A stretch of 64,000 nt of DNA from an uncultured delta proteobacterium (GCA_963745035.1 CAVUVW010000014.1:32001-96000), one strand, 5' to 3'. Positions 1 through 10,523 are shown, numbered from the stretch's first letter. A program made the numbers and translations. Notes: a model not told the origin generated them from the letters alone.

Positions 1-110
1 ATCGTGTCTGGTTGCGAGTCTAAAAAATCAGCAATGGGAGCGGAGTACCACGCCCGGGAGGATGCGGTTGTAACGGCGGAAAGCTGGGCTGCCGTTTCCA
101 TTCGCGGCAT
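1..110 (-). CDS. 5' end of a probable DUF2075 (Schlafen-like helicase) protein, runs off the window
   Basis: Manual translation MPRMETAAQLSAVTTASSRAWYSAPIADFLDSQPDT resembles the 'RAxYSxxIxDFL' N-terminus of DUF2075 proteins; only 36 codons visible. Confidence 0.45.
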   Translation of the reverse strand, partial: MPRMETAAQLSAVTTASSRAWYSAPIADFLDSQPDT

Positions 111-652
111 GATGCCAAGAAAGGGTTCCGAAGTGAAGCGGCAATTGTTAATGACGATTTGTTTAAATGTGTAGGCACGACCTCACACGTAATTGAACCC
201 CAAGCTTTCGTCTTTTAGCGGCTTTGAGTCGGAGTTGGTCCGAGCAGTACCATTTGTCAGGCGACAATAAGTCAATAACTCATGCCTGACGCTCCCAGTG
301 GGTCCATCTTATGGCGTATTGGGGCACTGTAGCTGATCTGACCCAACGTCAGGAACACGGTGGTCAAAAAGACGGTCAACCATTAGTCCTAGAAGATGCT
401 CGATGCGTCGTATTTCAAACTTTGTTGGTCATGTACGAGATAGATCGAGCGATTCCGAACAAATAAGCGAAGCGTTTGCCGGAGAGGGGGCAAGGGCCTC
501 GGCGGTAGATAAGAGAGATAGCTCTTAAACTAACCCGAGCCTACGTCGATATTTATTTTTGCATGTTGACCTATTGCAGGAAACCTTGACCTTCCGGATT
601 TGAAGCAAAACCCTGATTAATGCACGGTTCTCAATTCCCGCCGAATGCCGCG

Positions 653-979
653 CTATTCGCCAAGAAACTTCAGCCCTAGAATTCCCGTAACGATCAGCCC
701 CAGGCAAGCCAGCCTGCTCAAAGCCGCAGAATCTCCAAACAGCACAATGCCCAGCCCCACTGTACCCACCGCGCCAATCCCGGTCCATACCGCATACGCA
801 GTGCCCAGCGGCAGACTCCGCGTCGCAACCCCCACCAGGCCCAAGCTCAGCACAATCATGATCGCCGTCGCTACCGACGGCCACAGCCGCGTAAACCCTT
901 CCGAGTACTTCAGCCCGATCGAAAACCCTGTCTCAAACACACCGGCAACCACAAGGATCGCCCAAGCATACTGTCTCAT
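653..979 (-). CDS. sugE: SMR family small multidrug/guanidinium exporter (Gdx/SugE subtype)
   Basis: 108 aa, 4 hydrophobic helices, membrane Glu in AGVFE, GTAYAVWTGIG motif; AAGGAG RBS upstream. Confidence 0.85.
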   Translation of the reverse strand: MRQYAWAILVVAGVFETGFSIGLKYSEGFTRLWPSVATAIMIVLSLGLVGVATRSLPLGTAYAVWTGIGAVGTVGLGIVLFGDSAALSRLACLGLIVTGILGLKFLGE

Positions 980-1103
980 AGTGTTTCTCCTTGAAACTTT
1001 TATTGAAACTCCGCGACACTCTTCTGGCTCCGGTGTTGATGACGAGTTTCAGGTGTGGAATTTGTTGAGGTGATAGCGCACCTGCCTGGCCTTCAGCCTG
1101 TCT

Positions 1104-1961
1104 TTACTGCGTCCGCAAAGCGCTTCTTACCGCGTCGGAAAGCGTTGTCGTAGGCCTGCTTATTAATCCGCTGAGATCGCAGGACGTGCTATCCAGGTCT
1201 CCCCGAATCGCCTTTGTATCAGCATCGATAATCACATCGATGCTCATCTGTGGCAGTCCGAAACCGAGCAGGATGGCCGCATAATCCGCGCCGGAGAGGT
1301 TCCGGTAGGGAATATCTCGACCAATTTGCCTGGACACCTCGGCAGCGAGCTCAGCCATCGAAAAGGATTGGTCTCCAGCCAGCTCGTAGGTCTTGCTTGC
1401 CGAAACGGGCTGCGTGAGGACGACAACCGCCGCTGCTGCATAGTCGGCGCGCGATGCCGATGCGAACCTCCCGTCGTTGGAGCTTCCGATTAGTGCACCG
1501 TGCTCTACAGCGTTGCCGAGAGCTGATGTGTGATTTTCCAGGTACCAGCCGTTTCGAAGAATCACGAAGGGCAGACCGGAAGCCCGAATGTACTCTTCCG
1601 TTTGTTTATGTTCTCGAGCGAGGAACATCTCCGAACTGTCGGCGTGAAGCAGGCTGGTATACACAAACAGTTCCACTCCCGCTTCCTTCGCCGCGTCAAT
1701 CACTTCTTTGTGCAGCTTGAATCTCTGATCGACTTCGGCTGCTGAAATGAGCAGGACCCTCTTCACACCATGAAGCGCGGTGCTTAGGGTTTCCGGGCGG
1801 GTGTAGTCAGCTTCACGCACCTGCACGCCAAGCGTTGCAAGGCGGGAAGCTTTCTCGGGATTACGTACGGCTGCAATTATCTGATTCGCGGACACTCGCT
1901 CTAATAGTCCCTCGATTACGAGTTGCCCTAGATGTCCATTCGCGCCAGTGACTGCGATCAT
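1104..1961 (-). CDS. qorB: NmrA-like NAD(P)H:quinone oxidoreductase (QorB/YtfG family)
   Basis: IAVTGANGHLG Rossmann motif, VREADY, ILRNGWYLEN, ASRADYAAAA, YELAGD. Confidence 0.85.
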   Translation of the reverse strand: MIAVTGANGHLGQLVIEGLLERVSANQIIAAVRNPEKASRLATLGVQVREADYTRPETLSTALHGVKRVLLISAAEVDQRFKLHKEVIDAAKEAGVELFVYTSLLHADSSEMFLAREHKQTEEYIRASGLPFVILRNGWYLENHTSALGNAVEHGALIGSSNDGRFASASRADYAAAAVVVLTQPVSASKTYELAGDQSFSMAELAAEVSRQIGRDIPYRNLSGADYAAILLGFGLPQMSIDVIIDADTKAIRGDLDSTSCDLSGLISRPTTTLSDAVRSALRTQ

Positions 1962-2018
1962 TGTGTCCTCTCAGAACCGTGAAGAAATTGCCTATCGGTT
2001 GGGATGGCTACATTTCAC

Positions 2019-2792
2019 TTAAAGGCGCGTCTCAGTGTGCCGCGCTATGACTGGCGCCTGCCGGCTTTTCAGGCGAAAGCTGGGATCAAACTTAAGCTCG
2101 CGGAGTGCCTTTGCGATCGAGACAAAGCCATCGTCCTCGGCGATGTTGAATATGCCTGGTTTGCCTCGGTCGATCGCGAGCAAGGCCGCATGGGCCGCTG
2201 CGTCGACGTGCAGAGGCGCCGGTCGGTTCGGCTCATCGCTGCCGGTTCCCGGTCCGTATATTTGACCGTAACGCAGCACCAAGCCTTCAAGGGGAGGCGA
2301 CATGGTTGTCAATTGTTCGAGCGTCGCAACGCCTTCCACAACGATCGCGTTAGGTGCTTCGGCGCGGAGATCCAGCGGAGCATTTTCAGAATAGGGTTGA
2401 GGCCCATCCGCGTAGACCCAACAAGCCAAGCTTTGGGCGATAATTCGGCGGACACCGGCTTCAAGAGCCGCCGCAACCAGATTGCGCGTTCCCTCGATGC
2501 GGATACGCGTAGTGCGCGCAATGCCTTCTGCCATGCCGCTCGGTTCAAGATTAGCGGGAAGATCCGTGAGTTGATTTATGACGATTTCCGGGCGAACCGC
2601 AGTCATTGCTCGGGACAACGCCGGCGCATCGAACACGTCGACGACGATGGGTGTGACGCCGGCGGTCTTAAGCTCGGCGACTTTTCTCTCTGAGCGAGTC
2701 GTTCCGAAAACTTCACAACCCGCGTCGAGCAACTGCGGCACAAGCCGCTTGCCGATCGCTCCGGTTGCACCGGCGAGAAATACCTTTGCCAT
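2019..2792 (-). CDS. NAD-dependent epimerase/dehydratase
   Basis: VFLAGATGAIG, VINQLTDL, LRYGQIYGPG, LHVDAAA motifs of extended SDRs. Confidence 0.85.
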   Translation of the reverse strand: MAKVFLAGATGAIGKRLVPQLLDAGCEVFGTTRSERKVAELKTAGVTPIVVDVFDAPALSRAMTAVRPEIVINQLTDLPANLEPSGMAEGIARTTRIRIEGTRNLVAAALEAGVRRIIAQSLACWVYADGPQPYSENAPLDLRAEAPNAIVVEGVATLEQLTTMSPPLEGLVLRYGQIYGPGTGSDEPNRPAPLHVDAAAHAALLAIDRGKPGIFNIAEDDGFVSIAKALRELKFDPSFRLKSRQAPVIARHTETRL

Positions 2793-2886
2793 GTTTGTTT
2801 CTCCTGTGTGTTGGTTCGCTGGTTGAGCCAGCGCTCTATGTTTATTGCGCCTTCACGGCGCGCAATTGCAGTTCGGCCAAAAACTC

Positions 2887-3862
2887 TCAGTCTGCTTCAG
2901 CGAACTCCTCGGGTGCGATCGACAAAGGGCGCGCGCTACGCTCATGCACATGTGAAGTAGGCGTGCGGTCAATCAACAGGCTGAGCAGTTCCGGGCGACT
3001 GTAGTGGCCGCGCGAATCCATCTTCCGTTTACGCTTGTCGATCAAAGAGAAATCAAGATCGGCAATCACCACGCCTTCACCGGAGCGCAGAGGCTCACCC
3101 ATCAATTCGCCTTGTCGGCGAGACAATCGCGGTAAAGCAGCCACTGGAGATCGGGCCGATGGGGCATCCCGTGTCCTGCATGATCTGAGCCTGCTGATCG
3201 GCATTCAGCCAAGCGGTGGCGTTGACGACGAAGCAACCGGACTCCAGTGCGTGTTGGCGGATGTTGACCTGGGTCTGCTCGGAGAAAAGGTCGCCCCCAA
3301 ACGATCCGGGATACATCGCCGAATGAATCTGCTCGCCATCAGCCATCAATGCGTAACGGGCCAGCGGGTTGTAATGCTCCCAGCACGCCAACTGACCGAT
3401 GCGCCCGACTGCGCTGTCGACAGCCTGCAGTCCGGAACCGTCGCCCTGCCCCCAGATCATGCGTTCATGGTAGGTCGGGGAAATCTTGCGGCGACGCTGA
3501 ATCAAGGTGCCGTCAGCATCGAACAGCAACTGCGTGTTATAGAGCGTGCCACCATCGCGCTCGTTGACGCCAATGGACACCACCATCCCGGCTTGCTTGC
3601 AGGCTTCGCCGATGGCGTGAGTGGCGGCCGACGGTACGGTCACTGCTTGTTCAAGTAACCTGAGGTGTTGCGCGCCCATCTCGAAAGGCCGCTGTACAAA
3701 GGAGAAATAGGGGTAGTAGGGCACTACCGTCTCCGGAAAAGTGGCGAACTGCACGCCCTGGCGACCAAGCTCAATGATTTTCTGAACAACCTTGTCCACT
3801 GTGCCTTCGCGGCTGTAAAGCACAGGGCTGATTTGTACGGCGGCGGCTTTTATGATGGTCAT
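2887..3862 (-). CDS. Nitrilase (carbon-nitrogen hydrolase), one frameshift near 3115
   Basis: Catalytic E (FPET), K (RRKISPT), C (LACWEH); the C-terminus ([10 protein letters not shown]...[11 protein letters not shown]) continues in ORF 2887..3204. Confidence 0.9.
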
Positions 3863-3948
3863 GTGAAAATCCTTTCTTGCTTGATTGTTGAAAACTGAGA
3901 TATTCGGTAATACCCCAATGATTATTTCAGGTTCAGTTGCTCTCAGAC

Positions 3949-4441
3949 TCATTTAGCCGCCGCGGCCAACAAAGCTTCCACTTTGGCGTCTAATTCCTGC
4001 GCCACTTTCAAGGAGTCGGCGTTTCCGTAGGAAGCCGAAAACTGGCCATCCGATCGTAAGAAAGATGCACACCGTCCGTGCGTTCGTCGATCAAAATTGT
4101 GACCGGCGCATAGGAACCTGCATCCGGTACGTGCTCGACCATTTGCTTCATGATGAGCGGATTGCCGATGACCAGACGCAGACTCCGCGGCGCCTGCTTC
4201 CCGCGATCCTTTCGCAAGATCTCACCGAGATCGAAACGGATGAACTCCATAAAATCCGACGGGCCGATCGCGTTGTGCACCAGCGCTTCTATTCCGCAAA
4301 GGACTTTGCCGACTCGACATTCTTCAGAAACACCCTCACATCGGGATGGCTGATAGTGGCATCGATGGCTTTGACAACGTCGCCAAACGACTTTGAAGAA
4401 GTGATACTGAACCGCTGCACGTGAAATTGCGTTATTACCAT
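3949..4441 (-). CDS. DUF302 domain protein, two frameshifts
   Basis: [19 protein letters not shown]... / [32 protein letters not shown]...LSYDRMAS / [20 protein letters not shown] joined across frames. Confidence 0.75.
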
Positions 4442-4495
4442 TTGTTACCTCGTTAGCGCTTGGTTCATTTCTCTAACCGCACGACTGCTATAGAG

Positions 4496-4511
4496 AGCAA
4501 CGCATGTGCCA
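4496..4511 (-). promoter_or_regulatory. sigma54 (-24/-12) promoter of the DUF302-nitrilase operon
   Basis: Minus strand reads TGGCACATGCGTTGCT, matching TGGCAC-N5-TTGC, ~55 bp before the DUF302 ATG and next to a sigma54 activator gene. Confidence 0.85.
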
Positions 4512-4576
4512 GAACAGATCAATGTCGAAAATTCTAATCGGAGTCGGCGCCTGCGTGGCGTTTTGGCGGGCAACCA

Positions 4577-4760
4577 GTTCGTATTTCTAGAGCAATAGTT
4601 ACGAACCGAACCTTCAGAAAAAAACTATTTAAAGCCCGTCGTCGAAGAAACGATTGTGCTCGATGGATTGCGCATGCTCGTCCCGCAATTCGTAGACGAT
4701 AAACCACAAAGTTTCGTGGTGACCTCAAGATTTCGTTGAACGACAAACAAAATTCGTTGT
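4577..4760. promoter_or_regulatory. Candidate enhancer (UAS) sites for the sigma54 activator
   Basis: Repeated TTCGT...ACGA dyads: gttcgta/tacgaac (4577-4606), aattcgtagacgataa (4687-4702), atttcgttgaacgacaa (4730-4746). Confidence 0.4.
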
Positions 4761-4784
4761 AAGGTTGTTTAGGGGAGTGACTGA

Positions 4785-6388
4785 ATGATCGCTGAGCCCA
4801 TACTTTCCCTAGCTGCTTCCGTCGCTGCCGAGCACAGCGTTCAAGGCGTCCTTGACTCGATAGTACGCGGCCTTGCCGCACAGCCTCATGTCGCCTTGGC
4901 GCGAATATGGCTTCTATCTCCTGGGGATATTTGTGATTCGTGCTTCATGCGCGCCGAGTGCGCTGATCAGACCCAGTGCCTTCAACTAATGGCGAGTGCT
5001 GGAAATCCCGCCAATTCACCCGGGGAGGATTGGACTTTTCTGCAGGGTCACTTTCGCCGCATGCCTCTCAACGCGACGAAGGTCGGAGAAGTCGGGACCA
5101 CCGAAAATCCCATTTTGATCAAAGACTTCGCTCCCGAGAACCATTGGATCAGTCGAACTGATTGGGCGAGACGCGAAGGTATCCGCAGCTTCGTCGGACA
5201 TCCGTTAGTGTTCCAGGGGAAAATCCTCGGCGTTCTTGCGCTATTCAGCCGTGAACCTCTCGTTGAACAAGAATCGACTTGGATCGGTGTCTTCGCCAAA
5301 CAAGCAGCCGTTGCTATCGCCAATGCCCGTGCTTTTGAAGAAATTGCCCAGCTCCGAAAGCAGTTGGAGATCGAGAATGACTATCTGCACGAGCAGGTCA
5401 AGGAAACTTTCGCATTTGGTGAAATCGTCGGTAAAGAGGCCGCGCTTCAAAAAGTGCTTCAACAAGTTCGGATGGTGGCGCGCACTAGTGCCACTGTAAT
5501 GATCGGGGGTGAATCGGGCACGGGTAAGGAACTCATTGCCCGCGCGATCCATGACGGAAGTCCGAGGCGCGATCGTCCTATGGTTACCGTTAACTGCGCC
5601 TCTGTGCCGAGGGAGCTGTTCGAAAGCGAATTCTTCGGTCACGTGAAGGGCGCCTTCACAGGCGCCTTACGCGATCGCACCGGCCGATTTCAGCTGGCCG
5701 ATAAGGGAACCATTTTTCTCGACGAGGTGGGGAAATCCCAATCGAGCTGCAGAGCAAGCTGCTCCGCGTATTGCAAGAAGGACAGTTCGAGCGTGTGGGT
5801 GATGATCAGACGCGCCATATAGACGTGCGCATCATCTCGGCGACAAATCGGGACCTCAGTCACGAAGTAGAAGCTGGCCACTTTCGCCGGGATATTTACT
5901 ACCGGCTCTGCATGTTCCCTATCCATATGCCTCCCTTGCGCGACCGGCGTCAGGACATCGGACCGTTGGCCGTTCATTTTCTCAAACTCAGCTGCCGCCG
6001 ATTGAATTGTCCCGACGTGCGGCTCACCGAACACGCCATTGAGCTTCTTTTCCGCCTACGATTGGCCTGGCAACGTGCGTGAATTGCAGAATGTGATCGA
6101 GCGCGCCGTGATTCTTTCGCAGTCCGGCCCCTTACGGATCGACCTAGTGCTGGGTGATACGGCATCGACGCCGGGCATTGCGCCTTCGCATTTCCAGACT
6201 AACACGTCAGCGCGGATAGTAGTGTCGAAGCAGGAAATAGATCGCCGGGAGCACGAGAACATAATCGCTGCTTCGAAAAAACTGGGGGAAGGGTTTATGG
6301 ATCTGGTGGCGCCGCTGAAATTTTAGGAATGAAGCCGACTACGCTCGCTTACCGGCTCAAGAAGATGGGCATCAAAAGACCGCTGTAA
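4785..6388 (+). CDS. GAF-AAA+-HTH sigma54-dependent transcriptional activator (FhlA/NifA-like), several frameshifts
   Basis: [40 protein letters not shown]-terminal [16 protein letters not shown]; pieces in ORFs 4785, 5771, 6039. Confidence 0.9.
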
Positions 6389-6486
6389 GCAGTCCGCAAA
6401 TCCCCTTTTATTATTCCAGAGGGGACTTTAAGATTGCAAGCTTTCGCAAACTCAGATCAGCGATAACGAGCGCAGCAGGCAATCGC

Positions 6487-6510
6487 GGGGTCAGGTCTTG
6501 CAGTGACACA
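6487..6510 (+). repeat. Dispersed REP-like motif GGGTCAGGTCTTGC-N-GACA
   Basis: Related copies at 23031-23054, 23222-23246, 28123-28136, 28177-28200 and 31800-31823, all intergenic. Confidence 0.55.
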
Positions 6511-6827
6511 CACTAGTGTCCAAGACTCAGCTCTAGTTCGGGTCGGACCGCTGAGAGGCGATGGGCGATCGGTTACGTGATTCAACCTGCCGGTTCCAAT
6601 CGGACGAGTTGTCTCCGCGCTAGGTGCGCCTCAAGCTGGGCTTTTTCGCGGAGGCGCGATGTACTTGACGGTGATCGGCGAGAGGTCTCTCGGACGATCA
6701 TGACCTCGATGATTGTGCACGGCCGCCCACAGACGCGCCAGCGGGACAGAGTAAAGAACTCTCGTCCGATCACGGAACCAGGCATCTTCTGCCTGAGATG
6801 CGGCTGCATAACAGAAGGGATGCGAAC

Positions 6828-8234
6828 ATGGGACACGCGCACATCGGGGTATGCTTGGGATTGGTTATCGCCGTCGTGGCGGCGGGCTATGGTCGAGTTC
6901 TCGTCGCGGGCGAGGCGGTCGCGACCGTCGGCGGACGCGGCTATCTGATTCAGAACGCCTCGCTCGTGCTCACGATGGATCCGAACCTCGGAGACAGGAG
7001 CATCCTCGGACAGCTCGAGAATGGCGACGTCCTCATCGTCGGCGACCAGATTGCCGCTGTGGGGGTTAAGCTCTCGGCACCATCTGGGGTGAAGGTGATC
7101 GACGGCCGTGGGATGGTCGTCATGCCCGGCTTCGTCGATACCCATGACCACCTCTGGCAGTCGCTCATCCGCGGATGCGCTGCCGATGACGATCTCAATG
7201 GCTGGCTCAACCGCTGCGTGTTCCCGTTCAACACCAGCCCGTTCAGCGAGACCGATGCCTATGCCGGTGTGCGTCTCAGCGCCACAGGCCTGATCGATAC
7301 GGGCGTGACCACCGCGGTTGACTGGTCGCACGCGTTCAATCCCGGCTTCGTGCGCGGCAACCTGCGCGCTCTCACCGACTCGAAGATGCGGTTCGTGTTT
7401 GCGATGTTCGGCGCCCAGAGCGACGGCTCGGACATCATCGCGGCCAAGAAGGAGTTCATCGATGACAACCCGCTTGCTACGCTCCAGGTCGCCACTCACC
7501 CCGCTCCCTTCCTCGCGACCCACGTCGAAGACATGACGGCGGTCGCTCAGTTGCTCGGGGTCAAGCTCCACGTCCACCTGCTCGAGGACATCAGCCAGGT
7601 GGGCGAAGATCCGCTGGGAGTGTTGCAGGCTGCCGGCGCGTTGGCCCTCGGCCGTGACCTGTACACCGCCCACAGCATCCACCTGGGCGACGGCAACATC
7701 GAGACCCTCAAGACCCTCAACGCTGCGGTGTCCCACCAGCCGCTCAGCAACATGCGGCTCGCCTCGGGCATCATGCGCTATCCGGACATTCAGGAGGCTG
7801 GGCTCCGCATCGGCCTCGGGCTCGATGGCGGCACCAACGACACTACCGACGCGTTCAACAACATGCGCGCCGCGGTCGGCCTCCAGCGCGCCACGTCGCG
7901 CGACGCCGACCAGTCGCCCACCGTGGCCGAGGTGCTTCGCGCGGCCACCCTGGGCGGCGCCGAAGCGCTGGACATGCAGCACAAGATCGGCTCGCTGACC
8001 CGGGGCAAGCAGGCCGACCTTATCGTGATCGAACAACGCGCGCTCAACTTCGCTCCGCTGCTCCACCCCGTCAACCAGATCGTCTTCAACGGCCAGCCGC
8101 AGAACGTCAAGTGGGTGTTCGTGGCCGGCCGCGCACTCAAGGAGAAAGGCAGGGTAATGGGCGTGAACCACGGCGCGTTGCTCAAGGCTGCCCAGGCCGC
8201 GAGCAGCCACATCAAGCCGTTCATCCAGCCGTGA
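6828..8234 (+). CDS. Atz/Trz/SAH-deaminase family amidohydrolase with N-terminal signal-like segment
   Basis: MPGFVDTHDHL (HxH), HVHLLE, AHSIHL, GLGLDG, ATLGGAEAL, GSLTRGKQADL. Confidence 0.9.
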   Translation: MGHAHIGVCLGLVIAVVAAGYGRVLVAGEAVATVGGRGYLIQNASLVLTMDPNLGDRSILGQLENGDVLIVGDQIAAVGVKLSAPSGVKVIDGRGMVVMPGFVDTHDHLWQSLIRGCAADDDLNGWLNRCVFPFNTSPFSETDAYAGVRLSATGLIDTGVTTAVDWSHAFNPGFVRGNLRALTDSKMRFVFAMFGAQSDGSDIIAAKKEFIDDNPLATLQVATHPAPFLATHVEDMTAVAQLLGVKLHVHLLEDISQVGEDPLGVLQAAGALALGRDLYTAHSIHLGDGNIETLKTLNAAVSHQPLSNMRLASGIMRYPDIQEAGLRIGLGLDGGTNDTTDAFNNMRAAVGLQRATSRDADQSPTVAEVLRAATLGGAEALDMQHKIGSLTRGKQADLIVIEQRALNFAPLLHPVNQIVFNGQPQNVKWVFVAGRALKEKGRVMGVNHGALLKAAQAASSHIKPFIQP

Positions 8235-8528
8235 CCACTTCTAAAATTCCCTTGATATTACTCTTTAGCGGACTTAGGAATACAACGCGTGATTGACCGC
8301 CGAGCGAGAAGCATTTTGTTCGATACGTATTGGTCAGCGTCTGGATGGAAGGGCTCCTCTGAAGGAACCGAGCCCAGACGATTTAGCGAAAATGGTAACG
8401 GAGTCTTTGCTAGCAGCGAGACCTTGAACGGCGGCTTTGGCGAGAGTGAAATTGGTCTCGGGTTGCATGGCCAATCGCATCAAATCTTGCGTCCGGAGAA
8501 TGAGATCCCTCTAGAGGATGATGCAACA

Positions 8529-9452
8529 ATGCCAAACAAGAACTTTAGTAGAATTCTATTAGCATTCAGTATGGTTTTATTCCTTTGCCTCGCGTGTTCT
8601 CGTGCTTTCGCTGTATTCAGAGGTGAACCTGACGCGGGAGAACATCCTTTCGCAGGACTCGCTTATATATTTATTCCCGCCAGTAACAACTATACCACTT
8701 GTAGTGGCTCGCTGGTGAATGCACCGAATCTCCCAGATCGCCAAGTCTTCTTGACGGCGGGGCATTGCATCTTTTTTGCAGAAGTATTGGGCGGTGGAAC
8801 TCGCTGGAATGTCACGTTTGATGAAACGCCAGAAATGGACTTTGCCGATCCGACCTCTCGGTTTCCAACATCACTCTCACCCGACCACACATACGCTGGT
8901 ACTGGTTATACGGATTTTTCTACGAAGAGCAGTGGTCTTGGGGTTGGGAGTGGAAAAGGGGATTACGGCATTATCCTCCTTGATCGCCCAGTCGATAAAA
9001 GCATTGTTCCACAACCTGCGGAACTTCCGGCAATTGGCCTGGTGGATGATTTATTCGGGCCACATGGTACGGCAGATACACGTGAAATTACTATGGTTGG
9101 ATATGGTATTGAAATGTGGAGTACAGGTGGTGGTGGTCCAGCAGTAGTCGTCAATGGGCCTCGTGAAAAATCTGTCATTACTTTGGATATTTTAAGCATT
9201 CAAAATTGGAACATACTGGAGCAAATGGGACTTCAACAGGGAGATATGACGGCTTGTAATGGAGATTCAGGTGCACCTGGTATTGTTACTCAAGAGGACA
9301 TTGACATAGTGGTCGCCATCACTGCCAATGGCGATTCGCACTGTCGTGCGACTAATACCATGACTCGCGTTGACACACAGGATTTTCGTAATTTCCTGAG
9401 CAAGTTAGGTACAACACGACGACATAAACCGGTAAAACAAACTCGGTGGTGA
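8529..9452 (+). CDS. Secreted trypsin-like (S1) serine protease
   Basis: Signal peptide, CSGSLV, LTAGHC (His), GDYGII (Asp), CNGDSGAP (Ser). Confidence 0.85.
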   Translation: MPNKNFSRILLAFSMVLFLCLACSRAFAVFRGEPDAGEHPFAGLAYIFIPASNNYTTCSGSLVNAPNLPDRQVFLTAGHCIFFAEVLGGGTRWNVTFDETPEMDFADPTSRFPTSLSPDHTYAGTGYTDFSTKSSGLGVGSGKGDYGIILLDRPVDKSIVPQPAELPAIGLVDDLFGPHGTADTREITMVGYGIEMWSTGGGGPAVVVNGPREKSVITLDILSIQNWNILEQMGLQQGDMTACNGDSGAPGIVTQEDIDIVVAITANGDSHCRATNTMTRVDTQDFRNFLSKLGTTRRHKPVKQTRW

Positions 9453-9469
9453 GCACAACGATTTGAAAG

Positions 9470-9630
9470 CCCTACGTTCTACGTGCTCTTCGCGATCTTC
9501 GTGGTGAAAGGTTTGTCGCGTCTTTTGGTTGTGGCTTTGCCGCGGCTGTAGCTCCATCGATGACATCGCCGTGATCGAAGGCCGCGCCCGCCGGAGATTT
9601 ACGAGAACGTAAAGAGACACAAGGCAGAAT
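9470..9630. repeat. Intergenic short-unit repeat (CTTCGCGATCTTCGTGGTG type)
   Basis: Degenerate 9-mer units between convergent genes. Confidence 0.35.
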
Positions 9631-9641
9631 AAATTGTTCTT

Positions 9642-10523
9642 TTATCCTTCGACCTTTCTGATGCTCTTGTACCACTCCAGAATTTCTTCGCCTGTCCAAA
9701 AGAGAACGCCGCGCTGCTTTTTCAAATAAGCCAGGGTCTTGTCGAGGTACTTGATCCGGTGTGGCACGCCGCTGATATAGGGATGGACCACGATCGCCAT
9801 CACGCGGGCGCTCTTCGCGCCTTCGGCATAAAGCGTCTCGAACTGATCCTTGGCGCGGCGAAAAAACTCCTCAGGCTCATGGTGCTGCAGAATCATCATC
9901 GCGATATCATTCAGCTCCACGCTGTACGGCAGCGAGACGAGCGGTCCATGGGCGGTCTTGATCTCGTAAGGTTGCTCGTCGTTGACCCAGTCCGCGACAT
10001 ACTGAAATCCGGCCTCCGCCAGATAATCGAGGGTTTCCGGCGTCTCAACGAGGCCCGGGCCTTCCCATCCTGAGGGCGTTTTTCCGGTAAATTTGCGGAT
10101 CTCCTCAACGGATTTGCGAATGATCTCCCGTTGGTTCTCTGCCTGACTCAAAGATTGCTGGATGAATCCGTGACCCAGGAACTCCCAGCCGGCTTCTCGC
10201 GAAGCTTCAGCGATTCTAGGATAGGTGGAGCAAACGGCGCCATTGATTCCCATGGTGACTTTGATCTTGTGTTTGTCGAACACCGACTTCAGGCGCCAGA
10301 ATCCAACGCGCATGCCGTATTCGAACCAGCCAAAGTTAGCCACGTCAGGAATGGCCTGAGCCCCGCCTGGCGGCGGCAGGACCGTGCGCGGCATCGGTGC
10401 TTGGATATCCCACACCTCGACATTGACAATAGTCCACACCACCACTCGAGCAGATTTCGGGAGACGCAGTGGCGGCCGATCGATGATCGCCGAATAAGGA
10501 ATCTGGTCGCGCGGAAATGCCAT
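9642..10523 (-). CDS. Polysaccharide deacetylase family protein, PuuE/allantoinase-like
   Basis: VWTIVNVEVW, EYGMRVGFWRL, GWEFLGHG, PYSVELND, VHPYISGVPHR. Confidence 0.85.
   Translation of the reverse strand: MAFPRDQIPYSAIIDRPPLRLPKSARVVVWTIVNVEVWDIQAPMPRTVLPPPGGAQAIPDVANFGWFEYGMRVGFWRLKSVFDKHKIKVTMGINGAVCSTYPRIAEASREAGWEFLGHGFIQQSLSQAENQREIIRKSVEEIRKFTGKTPSGWEGPGLVETPETLDYLAEAGFQYVADWVNDEQPYEIKTAHGPLVSLPYSVELNDIAMMILQHHEPEEFFRRAKDQFETLYAEGAKSARVMAIVVHPYISGVPHRIKYLDKTLAYLKKQRGVLFWTGEEILEWYKSIRKVEG

Noticed and set aside
980-1103. Guanidine riboswitch upstream of the SMR gene
   Set aside because: No guanidine-I, -II (ACGR hairpins) or -III consensus visible
2887-6388. Frameshifts in nitrilase, DUF302 and the activator (also NCS2 copy 1, HTH-PBP, ALDC-like, desaturase) as programmed frameshifting or true pseudogenes
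   Set aside because: Scattered single-base indels in otherwise well-conserved genes across the whole window are better explained by long-read consensus errors; reads are needed to decide
6582-8210. 542-aa minus-strand ORF, and similar long antisense ORFs at 2004, 18834, 24885 and 29984
   Set aside because: Shadow frames of GC-rich genes with clear family motifs on the opposite strand
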